Assembly: GCA_002269645.1 (NCBI GenBank)
Contig: NIVC01000168.1
Coordinates: 475,297 to 539,296, forward strand
Length of the DNA: 64,000 nt
Direction of reading: 5' to 3'
DNA from: Macrostomum lignano
Lineage: Eukaryota
Position 1 is the stretch's first letter, and every line of letters starts with the position of its first letter. The notes under the pieces were generated by a model. That model was not told the origin of the DNA and made no database searches. It saw nothing but the letters and a program-made list of their open reading frames with translations. This document shows positions 60,901 to 64,000 of this stretch, piece after piece. The position numbers and the translations under genes are program-made.

Positions 60901-63270
60901 GAAGACTTAAAAATGCAATCAAAATAATCCAATAAAGACTTTAAATGCACTTATTGAAGGAATAAGTGTTAAGGAGCTTATAGGAGATCATTTAAAAGCA
61001 GAAGTTCATTGAAGACACTATTTTATTTCGTTGGAAGAGAAGCAGTTGTCCAACTTACTTGAAGTATTCATCGGCAGGCAGAATCCTATGCAGTTTGGTC
61101 ACCTGGGTGAATAAGCTTTCGTTGTACAGACCCAACAGTTTGGTCCCATTGTAGCAGGTGCCGTTGAGCTGCTGATCACTGAGGTTGCATGTCACCAAAG
61201 GCAGCCGAGAGCTGCAAACTGGAAGGTCGGTCAGGCACCAATGAAAAACATTATTTTGCAATGGTCATGATCTGAAGACAAAGGGCTTACGGGGCGTATT
61301 CCAGGCATTGTCGCAGCTGCTCCATGGCAGGTCACTGTTCATTGAGGCAAACAGATAGTAGATCGATATAGCAATTATCATGTTGTAGTAGATGCCAACG
61401 ATTGTGGACAGGTAGGTCATAGCGTAACCGACTCCTGAAAACACATTCAAGGATTTAGCATTGTAAATTTCTTTAAAGTACAAAGTAAACAACTCGCAGA
61501 GCTCAGATTCAGGAATTAGCTCGTAGAATTATTGCAAAATTTGAGAAAAAAGACGGAGACAGATTTCAGGACTGGTGAGTAGAAAAGAGGCGGATTTGAG
61601 CACTGAGAGAGGGGCGGATTCTAGTACTGAGGGAGGGGCGGATTGAAGTATTGAGGGAGTTGTGGATTCAAGTACTGAGGGAGTGGTGGATTCAAGTACT
61701 GAGGGAGGGGCGGATTCAAGTACTGAGGGAGGGGCGGATTCAAGTACTGAGGGAGGGGTGGATTCAAGTACTGAGGGACGGGCGGATTCAAGTACTGAGG
61801 GAGGGGCGGATTCAAGTACTGAGGGAGGGGCGGATTCAAGTACTGAGGGAGTGGTGGATTCTAGTTCTGAGGGAGTGGTGGATTCAAGTACTGAGGGAGT
61901 GGTGGATTCAAGTACTGAGGGAGGGGCGGATTCAAGTACTGAGGGAGGGGCGGATTCTAGTACTGAGGGAGTGGTGGAGTCTAGTACTGAGGGAGGGGCA
62001 GATTAAAGTCCTGAGGGAGGGGTGGAACTGAGGGGGCGGATTCATGTACTGAGAGAAGGACGAATTCAAGTACCGAGGTAATGTCAAATTTATAACTAGA
62101 GGTCTAAGAAGTACTGAATCACACAAACCGGTAAAGATGGGCGCGAACTCCCAGCAGGTGGCCGGGCCCTCGCTGGTGAACTGTCCCAGGCTGAGGTCCA
62201 GCAGGAACACTGGAACACCGCAAAGCAGCAAAAAGATGATATAGGGAACAAAAAACGCGCCACCGCCGTTGATGAAGCAGAGGTAGGGAAAGCGCCAGAC
62301 GTTGCCAAGGCCGACCGCATAGCCCAGGCAGCTGAGCAGGAAGTCCAGCCGACCAGACCAGTTGCCTCTCTCTGGGTTCTCATCCACGCTGTAGTTGACC
62401 GGAGCTTCGCCGGCGCTAGCAGCCGCAGTAAAGTTGCCGAGGCCCTGCAGCGGCTCCTTCGGGGCCAGCTGCGCTCGAAGCTCTCGAATCTGGCGATCTC
62501 TCATCTGCGTGGGCGTCTCTCGGTGAACGCTGCTGCTGCTGCCATCCACGGAATCCTTGGAGGCAGCCGTGGCAAACACTTGCCGGCCACCGCTGCTGGT
62601 CGCACTGTAGCGCCGGCTGGAGCGCCGCCGCCGCTGCTGCTGGCCATGCGGGCGCTGATGTTGTTGCTGTTGTTGCTAAAGTTGAGAAAGGTGGGAATCG
62701 AATTATTTTTTCTGCTGTGGACACCTGGCACTGAATAACTGACCTTGACCCCAGACTGCAAGGCTCAGGACATGAGACATGGGAAAGCTGAAGAACACGT
62801 GAAGAACACAAGACATAAGGCGCAATGGACAGGACATTGGATACAGGGAACGGGGCATAGGACTCTGAGCACAAGACAAAAGACACGAGACACAGGGGAT
62901 AGGACATGAGACACAGGGGGCACTGGACACAGGACTAGACGCATTATGAGACACGTGAAATTGGACTTGGCTAGGAGTCATGGACGGAGTTATAGGACCC
63001 CCATAGAGCATAGGACACGAGACGCACGCATGCAAACAGGAAACACAAGAAATAAAAGCAGTGCAGATTGAAAAAATACTTAAACTACAGTCATGGCCTG
63101 CTCGAATATGTAAAAAAGATGTGTGCGCTGTTTAAGGAGAATCTCAGCGGTTACCGAAAATCGACTCTCCTAAAAGTCACCTCAAAGTCGAAATTTCTGT
63201 ACCGAGCGGCCCTGGCCAGAGGGGCCAGCAGCTGCCTCAGTTTGCTGCTCTTGGGCTGGTGCTCCGTCAT
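57963..63270 (-). CDS. SLC6 Na+/Cl- dependent amino-acid transporter, GlyT2-like, paralogue 2 (~797 aa)
   Basis: Exons 63270-63181, 62675-62129, 61434-61291, 61218-61059, 60749-60253, 60167-60055, 59846-59548, 59450-59166, 58335-58197, 58082-57963 total 2394 nt in frame. Internal exon lengths 144/160/497/113/299/285 match paralogue 1. Motif [10 protein letters not shown]; C-terminus ...GGGGGSTDI*. The first exon is less certain. Confidence 0.92.
58635..59050. repeat. Intronic 28-bp minisatellite
   Basis: Unit GGCGGAATGCTGACCTGCCAATGACCAA, ~14 copies. Confidence 0.95.
61600..62050. repeat. Intronic 24-bp minisatellite
   Basis: Unit AAGTACTGAGGGAGGGGCGGATTC, ~17 copies. Confidence 0.95.
62765..63030. 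repeat. Degenerate GGACAC/GAGACAC repeat in SLC6 paralogue 2 intron 1
   Basis: Recurring GGACATGAGACAC-like words. Confidence 0.6.
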
Positions 63271-64000
63271 GCCGATGAGTTCCTATCGCCCCTTAGCAAC
63301 TTAGTTTCGAAATCAGCTCACTGAATAAACATGCTTTGCCTGCTTCAAGGAGAAACTAACTGGCGGATTCCTGAGGAATTCAGTCTCCTGATCTGAAATT
63401 TCAAACCCATCCCATAGCAGCTAGACTACTGTACTTTATTGATTCCCCAGCCAGGTGAAGGAAGGGTTGAGCAGGGAGCTAAAGAAGAGAGCTGAAAACT
63501 CCTGCGCCTCTCCGCCAACAGCAGGACCGTACACTGTACAGGACGCCAAGCAGGACAAACCCACCACCTCTGCCGCATTTCCTTTACTTTTCTGTCCAAC
63601 AGTGTACAGAGCCGCTAGATTCTCTGACCTGCACAGTGGATGAATGCCTGGGAAGCGGCTGACTCACTCGCCGCTGCGCGAAATCTATTGTACTTGAGCT
63701 ACTGGTTGGCTAGTTGCTATAATGGGCGGTGTGCCTTTGAAATACACAAGAGAAAGCACAATAGTGAATGCTCTTTATTTCATAGGCTAGATTAATCTGC
63801 AAAAGCACCGTTAACAGCAGTTGTTGGACTTCAAGCATGCAAAGCATGCCTAGAGATGTTCATGGACTAAAAGCATTCCAGCCATATCGTGGCAGTTTTA
63901 CACATTTCAAGGGCCTGTCTAGTTAATTAAAGGCAGGTAAAACCACAGCGTGAAAATGAGCTGTTCCCTTCTTCTTTAATCCTAAAGCTAATGGCGTAAA

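Noticed and set aside
63365-63400. CTGAGGA...GAAATTTC hammerhead-like string
   Set aside because: Stem II is imperfect, the 15.2-16.2 pair and stem I are missing.
1-64000. tRNA, rRNA or spliced-leader RNA genes
   Set aside because: No cloverleaf, rRNA-like or leader-plus-Sm-site sequence was recognised by eye; a covariance search would be needed to exclude them.

Overview
Eukaryotic (metazoan) genomic DNA with GC-rich exons and introns loaded with minisatellites; the style suggests a free-living flatworm such as Macrostomum, which is an inference only. Spliced gene models built by hand from GT/GC-AG sites and phase consistency: a C2H2 + BED-like zinc-finger gene (+, ~7.1-10.6 kb), an orphan rhodopsin-type GPCR (-, 14.4-15.6 kb), a Bcl-2-family gene with a tail anchor (+, 32.1-37.3 kb), MPV17 (+, 40.1-42.7 kb), an uncertain small membrane-protein gene (-, ~45.8-46.4 kb) and two tandem SLC6 (GlyT2-like) transporter paralogues (-, 48.8-53.0 and 58.0-63.3 kb). 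The stretch 11-30 kb holds many decayed mobile elements: two hAT-type MITEs with 8-bp TSDs, a Crypton-like relic, a LOA-clade LINE (DUF4780-like ORF1, APE, RT, RNase H), an RTE RT fragment, a second inverted RNase H, a DIRS-order tyrosine-recombinase element, and a Penelope-type dimeric hammerhead ribozyme motif. Most notable signals: (1) sharply bounded CpG-erased, TpA-rich domains resembling CG->TA hypermutated repeats (RIP-like), (2) a PLE-type hammerhead at 27.7 kb and a CPEB3-like HDV ribozyme core at the LINE 5' end, (3) a 272-bp gene-conversion tract over the TM6-TM7 core of the SLC6 paralogues, and (4) a TAG placed 3 nt before an intact-looking last intron in one paralogue. Most long ORFs in the supplied track are repeat artefacts.
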